Source: a virus. Taken from it: a DNA stretch of 64,000 bases. The notes under the pieces are model-generated. The model ran no database searches, had not been told where the DNA came from, and was given only the letters and a program-made list of their open reading frames with translations. The translations under genes and the position numbers were made by a program. This document shows positions 1 through 10,600 of the stretch, in pieces. How positions within the stretch are numbered: the stretch's first letter is position 1; the number at the start of each line of letters is the position of its first letter. Location of the stretch: the IMG/VR virus record IMGVR_UViG_3300032285_001268, positions 96,001-160,000 of that record; one strand, written 5' to 3'.

Positions 1-3000
1 CAATCCGCCAAATGATCCACCTGCAACCACAGTCATTGAACCAGTGGCTGTTGATAAGGTAGTGTTTGCACCAGCATACGCACCGCTAATTGACAACTGT
101 GTTGCGCTGATAATTTCTGTAATGTAATATGTAGTTCCAGAACTAATACCACCAAAACCTGTTCCTGAGAACACAATTGGTTCGCCTACAACCATACCAG
201 TAGTTGATCCTAATGTGATTGCATTTTGCGTACCAGTAATAGTTGTTGATGAGACTGCAAAGTTAACGCTAGTCTGCCATGTTGAACCAGTACCTGAACC
301 GCTGATGTTAGCAGTGATATAAGTTAATGGGCTAGTTACTAGACCTTGCTGTGTTAATGAACCTGTTGTGTTGTTTGCATAAGTTACAGAACTTGTGCTT
401 GCACCAGTTACTACGAATGTACCGTTATAGCCAGCTGGAACAACGCCACTGACAACAATAGTTTGACCAATTACAAACGGTGTTGAACCTTGTGCGCTGA
501 ATGTTAAAATAGCTGAAGTACCTGTACCAGTTGCACCTGTAATAGTAATTGCTTGTGGTGTTACAACGCCAGTTCCGCTTAGAGCCATACCAACTGAAAT
601 TGTACCTGACGCTAGTGTTCCAACTGTTAACACACCTGACCCGTTAATGCTTGAACCAGTCATCGATGCTGTTGCGTTAGTTGTAGCTGTTGCGGCACTT
701 GGAGTTTGCGTTACTGCTGTAAACACAATTGGTTCGCCTACTGCTAGTCCTGCTGTACTGCTTAATTGTAGCAAGTTATTTGCACCTGATGCAAATAGCA
801 ATGTAGGTGTTTGTGTTGTTGCTGTGAAAACCACTGACTCGTTTACCACTAATCCAGTACCTGAACTTAGATATAACAAGTTACCAGTACTTGATGTAGC
901 TAGTAGTGTAGGTGTTTGTGTAGCAGTACCAAAAACAACTGATTGACCTTGTAAAATACCTGTAGGTGAACTCAAAGTTGCTAGGTTTGTACCGGCTGCT
1001 GTTGCAGTTAAAGTTGGTGTGTAGGTTGTACCAACGTTGAATACTATTGGAGATCCAAGTGATATACCTGTTGAATTATTAAGTTGTATTGAAACACCAG
1101 CTGACGATGTTGTGCTTATAGTACCAGTTTGTGTTACTGCTGTTGGAATAAATGACTGTCCAACTGCAACACCACTAGTGCTTGACACCGTGACTACGCT
1201 GTTTGTTCCAGTAATTGTTGTTGAGCTAACAGATTGGCTGATACTTACTACCCATGATAGTCCACCGCCAGATACAATATATGTACCTGCAACTACACCA
1301 GTACCAGTTAATACCATACCTACAGTAATTGTGCCCGAACCAACTGAACCAACAGTTAGTGTTGTTCCACTAATTGAAGAAGTGTTCATTACTGCTGGAG
1401 TTGAAACTACTGTTCCTGTAACGCCTGGAGTTTGTGTAACTGCGCTTGGTACAAGAGTTTCGCCTACTGACAAACCTACTGTACTGCTTAGTGTTACCAA
1501 GTTCGAACCTGCTGTGGTTGCAGAAATAGTTGGTGCTAATGAGAATCCAGTAGCTAAGAATAAACCTTGTCCATAACGTACTTTGCCCCATGTTTGTGTA
1601 ACTGGTAGGCCTGATACGCTTTGTGTCCATGTTGTACCATTTAATGAGTATGCAACAATGTTACCAGTTTCTGCAACTGCTACAAAACGTCCACGACCGT
1701 AGGCAACAGATGTCCATAATTGACTTGATGGAAGAGTTGCTGATACCCACGATGTTCCGTTGGTGCTGTATGCGGCTTGGCTGCTTGCAGTAGTATTACC
1801 TGCGATTGCTACCCATATACCGTTTCCGTATGCAACACCGCACCATGGTGCTGATGTTGGTAGTCCACCTGAACTTAGTGTCCATGATGTTCCGTTGTTG
1901 CTTGAATAGGCTACGTTAGTAGTTCCTGTTGCAACAGCTTGCCATACACCGTTACCATAACCAACAGCTGACCATGTACTTGATGCTGGAAGATTTCCGC
2001 CACCAGTCCATGTAGTACCGTTTGTACTTACTGCGTTTACGTTAGTGCCAGTTGCTACGGCAATCCATGCACCGTTACCGGCTGCGACTGCTGTCCATGA
2101 TTGACTGCTTGGCAATGCGCCGCCTGCTGTCCATGTTGAACCGTTAAAGCTGTACTGTGTTGCTGTGCCGCTTGAAGGAATTGCAACATATACACCGCCT
2201 GCACCTGTACCTGTATAGGTAAAGTTTGTGATTGTACCTGCACTTGGTGTTGATCCAATGTTTGTTACAGTTACAGTGATGTTGTTTGCTGATGTGCCAC
2301 CTAGGCTTGTGCCTGCGATAGTTAATGTATTACCAATCGCATATCCTGAACCGGCACTGGCTAAGGTAACTGAATAAGCGTTACCTGTACGTGCAACAGT
2401 AAATGTTGCGGCTGATCCTGCACCACCGCTTGCGGCAATTGATGAATAAGTTGCTACGATGTCAGTATAGGCTGCGTCAATCCATGAACCTGATTGTTGT
2501 GTCACAGCACTTGGAGTAAATCCTGGGCTAGCATAAACAACTCTTGGTTCAATGATGTATGTTGAAGTGGTATCCATTGAGTTAACAATAGCTGTGCCTG
2601 GAACAGCATGATCCCAACCAGCCGCATTGATAATCATTGTTGATGCTGTTTGGTTGCTTACTGTTACTGGATTACCGCCTGGGGTTGTAGCTACTGAGAA
2701 TTGAGTGCTTAGTAAACCTTGTGGTAGAACATAGTACAACTGAGCTGTAAATAAACCGCCGATGGTCGTACCAGTCATGTACAAAGGCATGCCTGAATAT
2801 AAGCTGCCTGTACTTGGCACTACGATACCATTTTGAGCGCCGGTAATAGTTACTAGGCTATTGTAGTTACCAACAGTTTGGCTAATGTTAAGGTTATAAC
2901 TAATACCAGTCATTGCGATACTAGATGCAGACTGCGCAGGAGTTACATAGTATGTTCCAGCGCCGCTGGTTCCAGTACCTAATGCAGTAATAACTGTACC

Positions 3001-6000
3001 ACTACCAACACCTAATCCACTTACTACCATACCAACTGAAATTGCGCCAGTTACTGCACTTGCAGTTAGCACTGTTGGAGTTGCTGTAATTGTTGTAGAT
3101 GTTTGTGTTACTGTGGTATTAATTGTCCAAGTACTGCTTGAGCTTGTACCTGTACCTGTTAGTAAACCTGTAATATATGCACCAGCTGGAATTGTACCGC
3201 CACTTAGTACTTGACCAACTACTAGACCTGCGCCTGTAGGAGTTGATGTTACTGTTAGTGTTGTACCGCTAATGCTGCCTGTAAATGTTACTGCTGTACC
3301 TTGAGCAATCGCTCCAGTAAAGCTAGCTGAGTTTACACTGGTAATGTATGTGTTTGCAGTTACCCCTAGGCCGCCAAGAACTGCGCCAGCGGCTGGTGTT
3401 CCTGTTACTGTAGGCATTGACAGCAATGTTCCATTAATAAAACCACTTGATGAAAATGTGCTATTAATAGTTTGTGTTGCTGTGATAGTTGCTACACTTT
3501 CTTTAGCAACGTTGGCTAATTTACTACCTGCATTGTAACCTACAATGTAACCTGTTTGTCCAGCGCCTGTGCCTGCTGTAACAATAATTCTCATGCCTAG
3601 ATAAGCGTTACTGATCGCTTGATCAGTTGCGGCAATGGTCATTGATGTTGATGTTCCAGACTGTCCAGCATTGGCTACAGATGCGTAAGTTGTGCCTGGT
3701 GAAAATACTCGTGTTTCAAATACGGCATTATCACGGAATTCATTTCCAACAGTTACAGCACCATAACCTGCACCGCTGATTGAGTAGCTGGCAGTATTGT
3801 AGTTAGAACCTGCGTTTAGATATTCAAAACGCCAAATATTGTTTACACCATCAGTTAGTGTATTAGTGATCAGTGCTTGATTATAACGATTATTAATCTG
3901 TACAGTCAATGGTGATTCTGTTGAGTCAACACCTTCTGCTAGTACACCGTATGTGCCGTATGAGCTGTTACCGTTAGTAGCACGAATCTTACCACCTGCT
4001 TCTGCTAGATAACCAGAGTATGCGTAGTATGAGAACACTGATACTAGTTCAGCAAGAGCGTTTGGACCATAAATCCACGATCCGATACCATCTGAAAGAA
4101 CTGTTGTAAAGTCGTTAGCAACAATAGAACGGTTACCGCCATTGTGCAATGTTCCGTCAACTTTCATACCAACGCAACCTGTACCAAACATGGTTACGTT
4201 TTGTGGATATGGTGAACGTGAGTTGATCCATACACGGCTATCAGCTGGTCCCCAACCTGGATCTAAACTTACGTATGCACCAGCTGTTGGACGTTTTGTA
4301 CCGTAGCTATTTGCAGAACTCAATGTTCCTGTTAGGCCCTGTAGTGTACAGTTACGTAAACCTGTGCCGTTGCGTACTAAGAACATGTTCTGTGTTAGTG
4401 ATCCTAATACAGCATTAGTATATAATTGAGCCGCTTGCAATGTTTTGTAGTTACCAGTGTATACGATGTCGTATTGAATTGCTTTGATTGTAAATTCTAC
4501 GTCGCGCTGGCATAGTGCAGTTGGGTAATACATGGTTACTGTACATGTTCCAGATGCGCTTGTCCACGATGCAGGAGAACCGCCTTGCTGTAGAGACACT
4601 GTAATAGTTGTGCCGTTAACAATTTGTGTAACATAATAAATTGTTCCAGCAACAATTCCACCAAATGTTGTTCCGCTGAACACTACACGCATGTTCACCG
4701 CAAAGTTTGCGCTACTACCAACAGTGATATTTGTACCACTAGCTGTTGCTGTTACTGTAGATGTGTAAGTAGAATTGATATAGGCAATTGCTTCTGCTTT
4801 CAAGAATGCTAAGTTTTCTGTTAAGATTGCTACAGCATCGTAGTTTGCTTGTGTTTGTGTTTGAGTGTTTGTACCTGTTAGGGTAGGTGCACTGCCTGTT
4901 GAATTAACATAATAGTTAACATAGGCATTTAAGTTTGTAAACAAACCTTGAACTTGTGTTACTACTGTGCTGTTACTTGCTGGGCGTGTTGTAACCTGTG
5001 CTACCGAGTTACCTGTACTTGGAGTAACAGTGGCATTGGTTAGCAAGTTAGACATGATACCGCTTAATCTTGTCATAGTTGCAACTGTTGCGGCCACATC
5101 ATATTGATATGCTGTTCCAGCTGGAGCAGGTTGAATATTTGTCGAACGTAGTTCGTCACCAACTACAGATGTGTTTTGTGGAATAATGATCGGCAATACT
5201 TCGTAGTATGTACCTGTCTTAGTATTGATTGTGTAGTTAGGAATTACTACTGCTGGAATGTTAGTACTGCTTTGTGCTGTTAGAGCACTAGTAATTACAC
5301 CCATCAAGTTAGTTAATAAAGTCGATGCTCCAGTTTCTGATACCTGTGTAGCGTCTGAAATTCTAGTAACACTTGACTGATACGTAGTTGTTGGTGCTAG
5401 ATTTTGAATAATTCTTAAAATTACTGCCAATACTTGATTGTAGCTGGCAACGTCTTGTAGATACTGACCTGACAACAAGGTATAGGTACCTGTTGTTGTT
5501 GGGTTACTACCTGTCAATGCGTTAACATAGGCCTGGGCCGCTGCCACAGTCTTTTGATTGCCACCGTGTGACAAGTCGTAGGCCAGTGCATCAACTACAA
5601 AACCAATATCACGTGAACACTTGGTTGTATTATAGGTAAAGCTAGCCCAAATGCCGGTATTAAGGGCGATCTGTGCATTGATCCATGCGATAACTTCAGC
5701 TTGGATATAGCTACGATTACGTGTTAATAGGTTTGTTGCGGCCGGGAATTGTGCGCCCTGTTCAATTTGATATGTTGCATAACGAATTGACTGCCAAGGT
5801 TTATCTACACTTGTACCAAACGCTGGAGCAGGACTGTTAGTGCCTGTTGATGTGCTAACATAGTAGACTTGGTTAACAACACCCCAATATGTCCAGTTTG
5901 GTAAACCAGATGCGCTTACAGTTAGCACTTGTCCTGCTGTACCGATTGGTAAGCGTGTAGGACCTGCTCCACCGTAGTAGACCATGTCGCCTTGTGTTGT

Positions 6001-7587
6001 TAGTACAGATGTTGATGTACCTTGTGCCATCAAGTTCCAATAGGTACCAGTTGAATCATTAGCTGGACTATTGCCCGAAGCAGAAGTATGGCCTAGAATA
6101 CAGACATAGGTGCTTGGACCGTAGAATACAGTATCACCTAACACGTATGCTGTTCCGCTAGCCCATGTTGTTGCAATACCAGTGTAGGTAAATGTGCTGA
6201 TTGCGCCAGTGCTTACGCCGGTGATTGTAATGGTAATATCGTTAAACGGTGTTGTACCGCCAACACTTGTACCTAAAATTTTGATAGTATTTGAACCAGC
6301 AGTTGCTGAATAGCCTGTACCGTTGGCTGTCTTAGTTACTGTGTAGTTTGTACCACTTGTGGCTACAGTAAATTGTGCGCCATTTCCAGAACCAGTTACG
6401 TTAGTAGTAGTTACGCCTGTAAATGTCTGAGCAGTTGCTAACCAGCGGAAACCACTGTTTAATCTTGACCAGTATGCTGATGCTGTTGCAGGATTTTGAT
6501 TTGTACCATCTGCTGTGGCCACATAAGTATAGCCACCAACAGTTACAACGTTACCAACTTGGTAAGCTGTTGCACTTGACCATGCACCGATATAGGTAAA
6601 TCCAGATGTAAATAGAGCCCAATTTGATCCACCGTCTGTAGATGGAGTAATGTTGGTATTAACTGATGTTGCAATATAAACGAATCCACCGTAGGTAACT
6701 AGGTCACCGTTTTGATAAGTTGTTGAACTGCTCCAGGTATTGAAGTATTGTAGACCTTCAATGAATTTTGTAAAATTACTAGTCGAGAATGTAGCAGAAC
6801 TTGTGTGGTTTGTTGTACAAATCCAAAGATCTGCACCGTACTTAACTACGTCGTTGGCCTTATAGCGTACTGAACTTCCACTCCATGCGCCGATATAGTT
6901 GAAACCTTTGTGCAGATAATCCCACTTTGATTGATCGTTTTCTAAACCAAGTGTAGCAGTTCCAGCTGAAGTATGTGCAAGATTACAAATGTATAATATA
7001 CCACCGTAGCGTACTACATCGTTGACACGATATTTTGTAGACGTAGTCCAGTCAACAGTCCATAGTAGACCATCTGAAAATACATCCCAGCTACTTTGAT
7101 CGTTTTCTAATCCTAGAGTTGTAGTGGCAGCTGATGTATGTCCAGTTTTACAAACATAAGTTTCAGCACCGTATTTTACTACGTCTTTAGCCTTGTATCG
7201 AGTAGAAGTATTCCAATTACCTACCCAGTTAAAACTGTTGGCAAATACTGTCCACTTTGAAAAATCGTTTTCTAATCCTAACGCACTAGTTGAAGCCGAT
7301 GTGTGAGTAGTATTACACAAATAAACTACACCACCGTATTTTACTAGGTCGTTTAGTTTATAATATGTGCTAGTTGCCCATGCACCAGCCCAGGCTAAAC
7401 CGTCAGCTGTTAACTGCCAATTGCCAGATGCTAAGTCTGTACTAAAGTCTGCCGCGGCAGTGTGTCCAGTTACGCAAAGGAATAGTTTACCGCCTTGACG
7501 AACTACGTCATCTTTAACGTAAACTGTACTTGTAGTCCAAGTACCTTTCCAAATAAAGCGTATTCTACCTAATTTAAATTCAGCCAT
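1..7587 (-). CDS. Giant tail-fibre/receptor-binding-like virion protein, partial (at least 2529 aa, 3' end beyond window); paralog of 7665..13589
   Basis: Not in the ORF track. ATG at 7587 reads MAEFKLGRIRFIWKGTW; frame was open in every stretch I translated down to position 1 (not every codon checked). W-x5-Y-x3-D-x-V-x-YGG-x2-Y-x-C-x3-HTS repeats, beta-helix-like core (YVSLDPGWGP...SPYPQNVTMFG), W-x2-VAYGNG repeats; TAAATA box upstream. Confidence 0.85.
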   Translation of the reverse strand, partial: MAEFKLGRIRFIWKGTWTTSTVYVKDDVVRQGGKLFLCVTGHTAAADFSTDLASGNWQLTADGLAWAGAWATSTYYKLNDLVKYGGVVYLCNTTHTSASTSALGLENDFSKWTVFANSFNWVGNWNTSTRYKAKDVVKYGAETYVCKTGHTSAATTTLGLENDQSSWDVFSDGLLWTVDWTTSTKYRVNDVVRYGGILYICNLAHTSAGTATLGLENDQSKWDYLHKGFNYIGAWSGSSVRYKANDVVKYGADLWICTTNHTSSATFSTSNFTKFIEGLQYFNTWSSSTTYQNGDLVTYGGFVYIATSVNTNITPSTDGGSNWALFTSGFTYIGAWSSATAYQVGNVVTVGGYTYVATADGTNQNPATASAYWSRLNSGFRWLATAQTFTGVTTTNVTGSGNGAQFTVATSGTNYTVTKTANGTGYSATAGSNTIKILGTSVGGTTPFNDITITITGVSTGAISTFTYTGIATTWASGTAYVLGDTVFYGPSTYVCILGHTSASGNSPANDSTGTYWNLMAQGTSTSVLTTQGDMVYYGGAGPTRLPIGTAGQVLTVSASGLPNWTYWGVVNQVYYVSTSTGTNSPAPAFGTSVDKPWQSIRYATYQIEQGAQFPAATNLLTRNRSYIQAEVIAWINAQIALNTGIWASFTYNTTKCSRDIGFVVDALAYDLSHGGNQKTVAAAQAYVNALTGSNPTTTGTYTLLSGQYLQDVASYNQVLAVILRIIQNLAPTTTYQSSVTRISDATQVSETGASTLLTNLMGVITSALTAQSSTNIPAVVIPNYTINTKTGTYYEVLPIIIPQNTSVVGDELRSTNIQPAPAGTAYQYDVAATVATMTRLSGIMSNLLTNATVTPSTGNSVAQVTTRPASNSTVVTQVQGLFTNLNAYVNYYVNSTGSAPTLTGTNTQTQTQANYDAVAILTENLAFLKAEAIAYINSTYTSTVTATASGTNITVGSSANFAVNMRVVFSGTTFGGIVAGTIYYVTQIVNGTTITVSLQQGGSPASWTSASGTCTVTMYYPTALCQRDVEFTIKAIQYDIVYTGNYKTLQAAQLYTNAVLGSLTQNMFLVRNGTGLRNCTLQGLTGTLSSANSYGTKRPTAGAYVSLDPGWGPADSRVWINSRSPYPQNVTMFGTGCVGMKVDGTLHNGGNRSIVANDFTTVLSDGIGSWIYGPNALAELVSVFSYYAYSGYLAEAGGKIRATNGNSSYGTYGVLAEGVDSTESPLTVQINNRYNQALITNTLTDGVNNIWRFEYLNAGSNYNTASYSISGAGYGAVTVGNEFRDNAVFETRVFSPGTTYASVANAGQSGTSTSMTIAATDQAISNAYLGMRIIVTAGTGAGQTGYIVGYNAGSKLANVAKESVATITATQTINSTFSSSGFINGTLLSMPTVTGTPAAGAVLGGLGVTANTYITSVNSASFTGAIAQGTAVTFTGSISGTTLTVTSTPTGAGLVVGQVLSGGTIPAGAYITGLLTGTGTSSSSTWTINTTVTQTSTTITATPTVLTASAVTGAISVGMVVSGLGVGSGTVITALGTGTSGAGTYYVTPAQSASSIAMTGISYNLNISQTVGNYNSLVTITGAQNGIVVPSTGSLYSGMPLYMTGTTIGGLFTAQLYYVLPQGLLSTQFSVATTPGGNPVTVSNQTASTMIINAAGWDHAVPGTAIVNSMDTTSTYIIEPRVVYASPGFTPSAVTQQSGSWIDAAYTDIVATYSSIAASGGAGSAATFTVARTGNAYSVTLASAGSGYAIGNTLTIAGTSLGGTSANNITVTVTNIGSTPSAGTITNFTYTGTGAGGVYVAIPSSGTATQYSFNGSTWTAGGALPSSQSWTAVAAGNGAWIAVATGTNVNAVSTNGTTWTGGGNLPASSTWSAVGYGNGVWQAVATGTTNVAYSSNNGTSWTLSSGGLPTSAPWCGVAYGNGIWVAIAGNTTASSQAAYSTNGTSWVSATLPSSQLWTSVAYGRGRFVAVAETGNIVAYSLNGTTWTQSVSGLPVTQTWGKVRYGQGLFLATGFSLAPTISATTAGSNLVTLSSTVGLSVGETLVPSAVTQTPGVTGTVVSTPAVMNTSSISGTTLTVGSVGSGTITVGMVLTGTGVVAGTYIVSGGGLSWVVSISQSVSSTTITGTNSVVTVSSTSGVAVGQSFIPTAVTQTGTISTTSSAGVSIQLNNSTGISLGSPIVFNVGTTYTPTLTATAAGTNLATLSSPTGILQGQSVVFGTATQTPTLLATSSTGNLLYLSSGTGLVVNESVVFTATTQTPTLLFASGANNLLQLSSTAGLAVGEPIVFTAVTQTPSAATATTNATASMTGSSINGSGVLTVGTLASGTISVGMALSGTGVVTPQAITITGATGTGTSAILTFSAQGSTPFVIGQTIVVSGVVPAGYNGTFVVTGASTSSVTYANNTTGSLTQQGLVTSPLTYITANISGSGTGSTWQTSVNFAVSSTTITGTQNAITLGSTTGMVVGEPIVFSGTGFGGISSGTTYYITEIISATQLSISGAYAGANTTLSTATGSMTVVAGGSFGGL

Positions 7588-7623
7588 TCAATGCTCCAGA
7601 ATCTGTTTTTCTTTTATAATATC

Positions 7624-7629
7624 TATTTA
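7624..7629 (-). promoter_or_regulatory. T4-type late promoter core (TAAATA)
   Basis: TAAATA on minus strand about 37 nt upstream of ATG 7587; gp55 sigma is encoded in the window. Confidence 0.6.
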
Positions 7630-7664
7630 TCTACACCGTTTTTATAACTTATCAGATCACTAAA

Positions 7665-10600
7665 TTACGTGGTCCTATTGTTATAAATGTTAGAACCATT
7701 TCTTGCAGTTTGAGAGTTAGTGATCGCTTGTTCAGCAAAACCACCGCTTGAAGCACTACTTGGAGCACTCTTAAACCCATGTGCAAAGAAAGCCATTGCT
7801 AACATATTCCCATCTACACCTGAAGGTACGTTATTGCCTTTACCTTGAAAACTCATTTTATTTGCTATCTTAATTGTACCAGCAACTGTTGAATATATCT
7901 TAAAAGGTCCGACTGCAACTGTACCTGCAATCAATGTACCTGTCTGTGCGTTTGAACCACCACCTGATACGTTTCTTGCCACATACGTTTTAATTGCTCG
8001 TTGTGTAGGTACAACTGAATCAGAATTTGCTGTAAAATAACTGTCAGTACTAAATTGATTAATAACAATTTGATTAGTACCTAAACTTACACCACCTAAA
8101 CTCAATGTGCTTAGTCCTGACAAATTAAACAAACTAGCACTAACAGTAACAATACCAGTTGCCTGTTGAACTGCAAACAAGTTACCAACTTTAAAGTTAC
8201 CGTCTTGGTCAGTACTTGTTTGGAATACTCGACCTAGATTGTTTTCAACAATCTGCTGATAACCCACTGCGGTAGTTATGTCAGTGTTTGGATAATTTGT
8301 TGTTGCTTGATTTCCAGTACCAATTAACAAGAAGTCATGTCCAGTTAAACGACACTGACTATATTTTTGTCTAATGCTTACTGATGTATTGTGTATCGAC
8401 GCAACCGAGTTATCTATATCTGGTGCGATTCCCAGGGTGTAATTACTATTCCCCAATGACGTTGCTGAGACAACTTTATAGGTTGTTGAGTTTCCACTAA
8501 TAGTTAATGCAGAACCTAAACCAGGACTTGATCCAATTCCTCCAACTATTAGAGTTGAACCAGATTGATAAATGTCTGCAAATCCGTTACCTGATACAAC
8601 TACAGTTGTAGTTGTTGTCTGATATCCAGATCCTCTATTAGTCCACGAAGGATTGCCTAGTACACCTTTGCCAGTTCTAACTACAAAAGATGCAACTGTT
8701 CCGCCATTTAGTGACGGATTTGGATCATAAATGGTCACTGATGGTGCTGAAGCATATCCGCTACCTGGTTCCCATAATTTAATTAGGGCAATTTTACTCG
8801 ATGTAATAACGACTCTACCTAGAGCAGTTGCGCCAGTTACAATATTTGATCCCACTGTAGTCGCAGTTGACGCACTTCCAGCTACTGCGATCCATAGAGG
8901 AGTTGCACTGCCTGCGGCTGAGGAATTACCAAATTGTATGTCTGACCACAATGAGCTTGCTGACATTGTGCGAATCGTCCAATTGACACCGTCTTGACTA
9001 GTTGCGGCTATAGCCGAGCCTGATGCCACTGCAAAGAATAATCCTTGTCCGTAAGCAACGGCACTCCATGTAGTATTAGCTGGGAGTGTCGATGCAGTCC
9101 ATGTAATACCATCTAATGAATATGCGGCAGCCGTGCTGTTAGTTGCTATTGCTACATAACGTCCGTTACCGTAGGCCATGTCAATCCATTGACTACTTGA
9201 TGGTAGTGTGCTGGCTGTCCATGTTTGTCCATTTGTACTATAGGCTGCGGCTGTCGATGCACTTCCGCCTCCTGCTATTGCTACAAAATAACCAGGACCA
9301 GAACCGTATGCTATTGCTGACCATGTTGTTGAACTTGGAAGACTGTAGGCTGTCATAGTACTTGTTCCATCGCCAACAATCACTGTAGAAGTGCCTGTGG
9401 AAACTGCGGCAAATGTACCATTACCGTAAGTTAATGAATTAAAGTTATTAGTCGATCCTGTGTTTGCACCCAAGTTCCAATTGATACCATCTGTACTATA
9501 AGCTGTTACAGAATTTGAACTTGTAAAATAATTTCCTGTATTCTGATTTGAAATTGCCACAAACGTATTGTTGGCAAAATAAACATCAGTCCATACTGCT
9601 GTAGGCATTCCTACACCAAGACTCCAACTTGTTCCGTCTGCTGAATAAGCTACTAGACCGTCTGTCGAAACTGTAACATACTTGTTGTTGCCGTATGTGG
9701 CTGCACTCCATTTACCAGAAGTTATAGTAGTTGCAGTAGCAGTAAAACCTGGACTTGTAAATGTAACACGCGGTTCAATCAAATAGTTTGTAGTTGAATC
9801 TAGTACTGAAGCAATAGTTGTTCCTGGAATAGCATGATCCCATCCTGGTGAGTTTGTGCTTTCTGTATAGATTGTTGCAACCTTTGTACCAGAGTTGTAT
9901 GATTGAATGTATCCATATTGTCCTACACCTGTACCGCTAACGATCACTAATCGCAATCCAGTATAGTTTGTAGATGTATTTTGATCATTGCTGGCCAATG
10001 TTATTGATGTAGTGTTACCTGCCTGTGCTTGGTTACCTGCGGTAATGTATCCGTATCCGCCTGCGGCTGCTGTTGAACCTGTAACACGAACTTCAAATAC
10101 TGCGTTATCACGGAATTCATCAGCAACTGTGGCAGCGCCTAAACCAGCACCGTTAACTGTATATGATGCTGATGTATAGTTTTGTCCGGCATTGCTATAT
10201 TCAAATTTTAAGATTTTATTCTGTGCCTGTCCTGCAAATACTGAGGCAACCTGTGCAGGTTTTGTTTGGTTGTTGACAACGGCACTTAATGGTGTTTCAG
10301 ATAAATCATATCCTTCGCTAACAACACCATATACACCATATGAGCTGTTACCGTTGGTAGCACGAATCTTACCACCATTTTCTGCAAAGTATCCTGAATA
10401 TCCATAATATGAGAACACTGATACTAATTCAGTTAAGGCATTTGTACCGGTTACCCACGCACCAATACCGTCTGATAAAATGCAAGTAAAATCATTTGCA
10501 ACGATTGATTTGTTTCCAGAGGCATGTAGTGTTCCATCGACTTTCATACCGACACAGCCTATGCCAAACATGGTTACGTTTTGTATGTATGGTGATCTTG

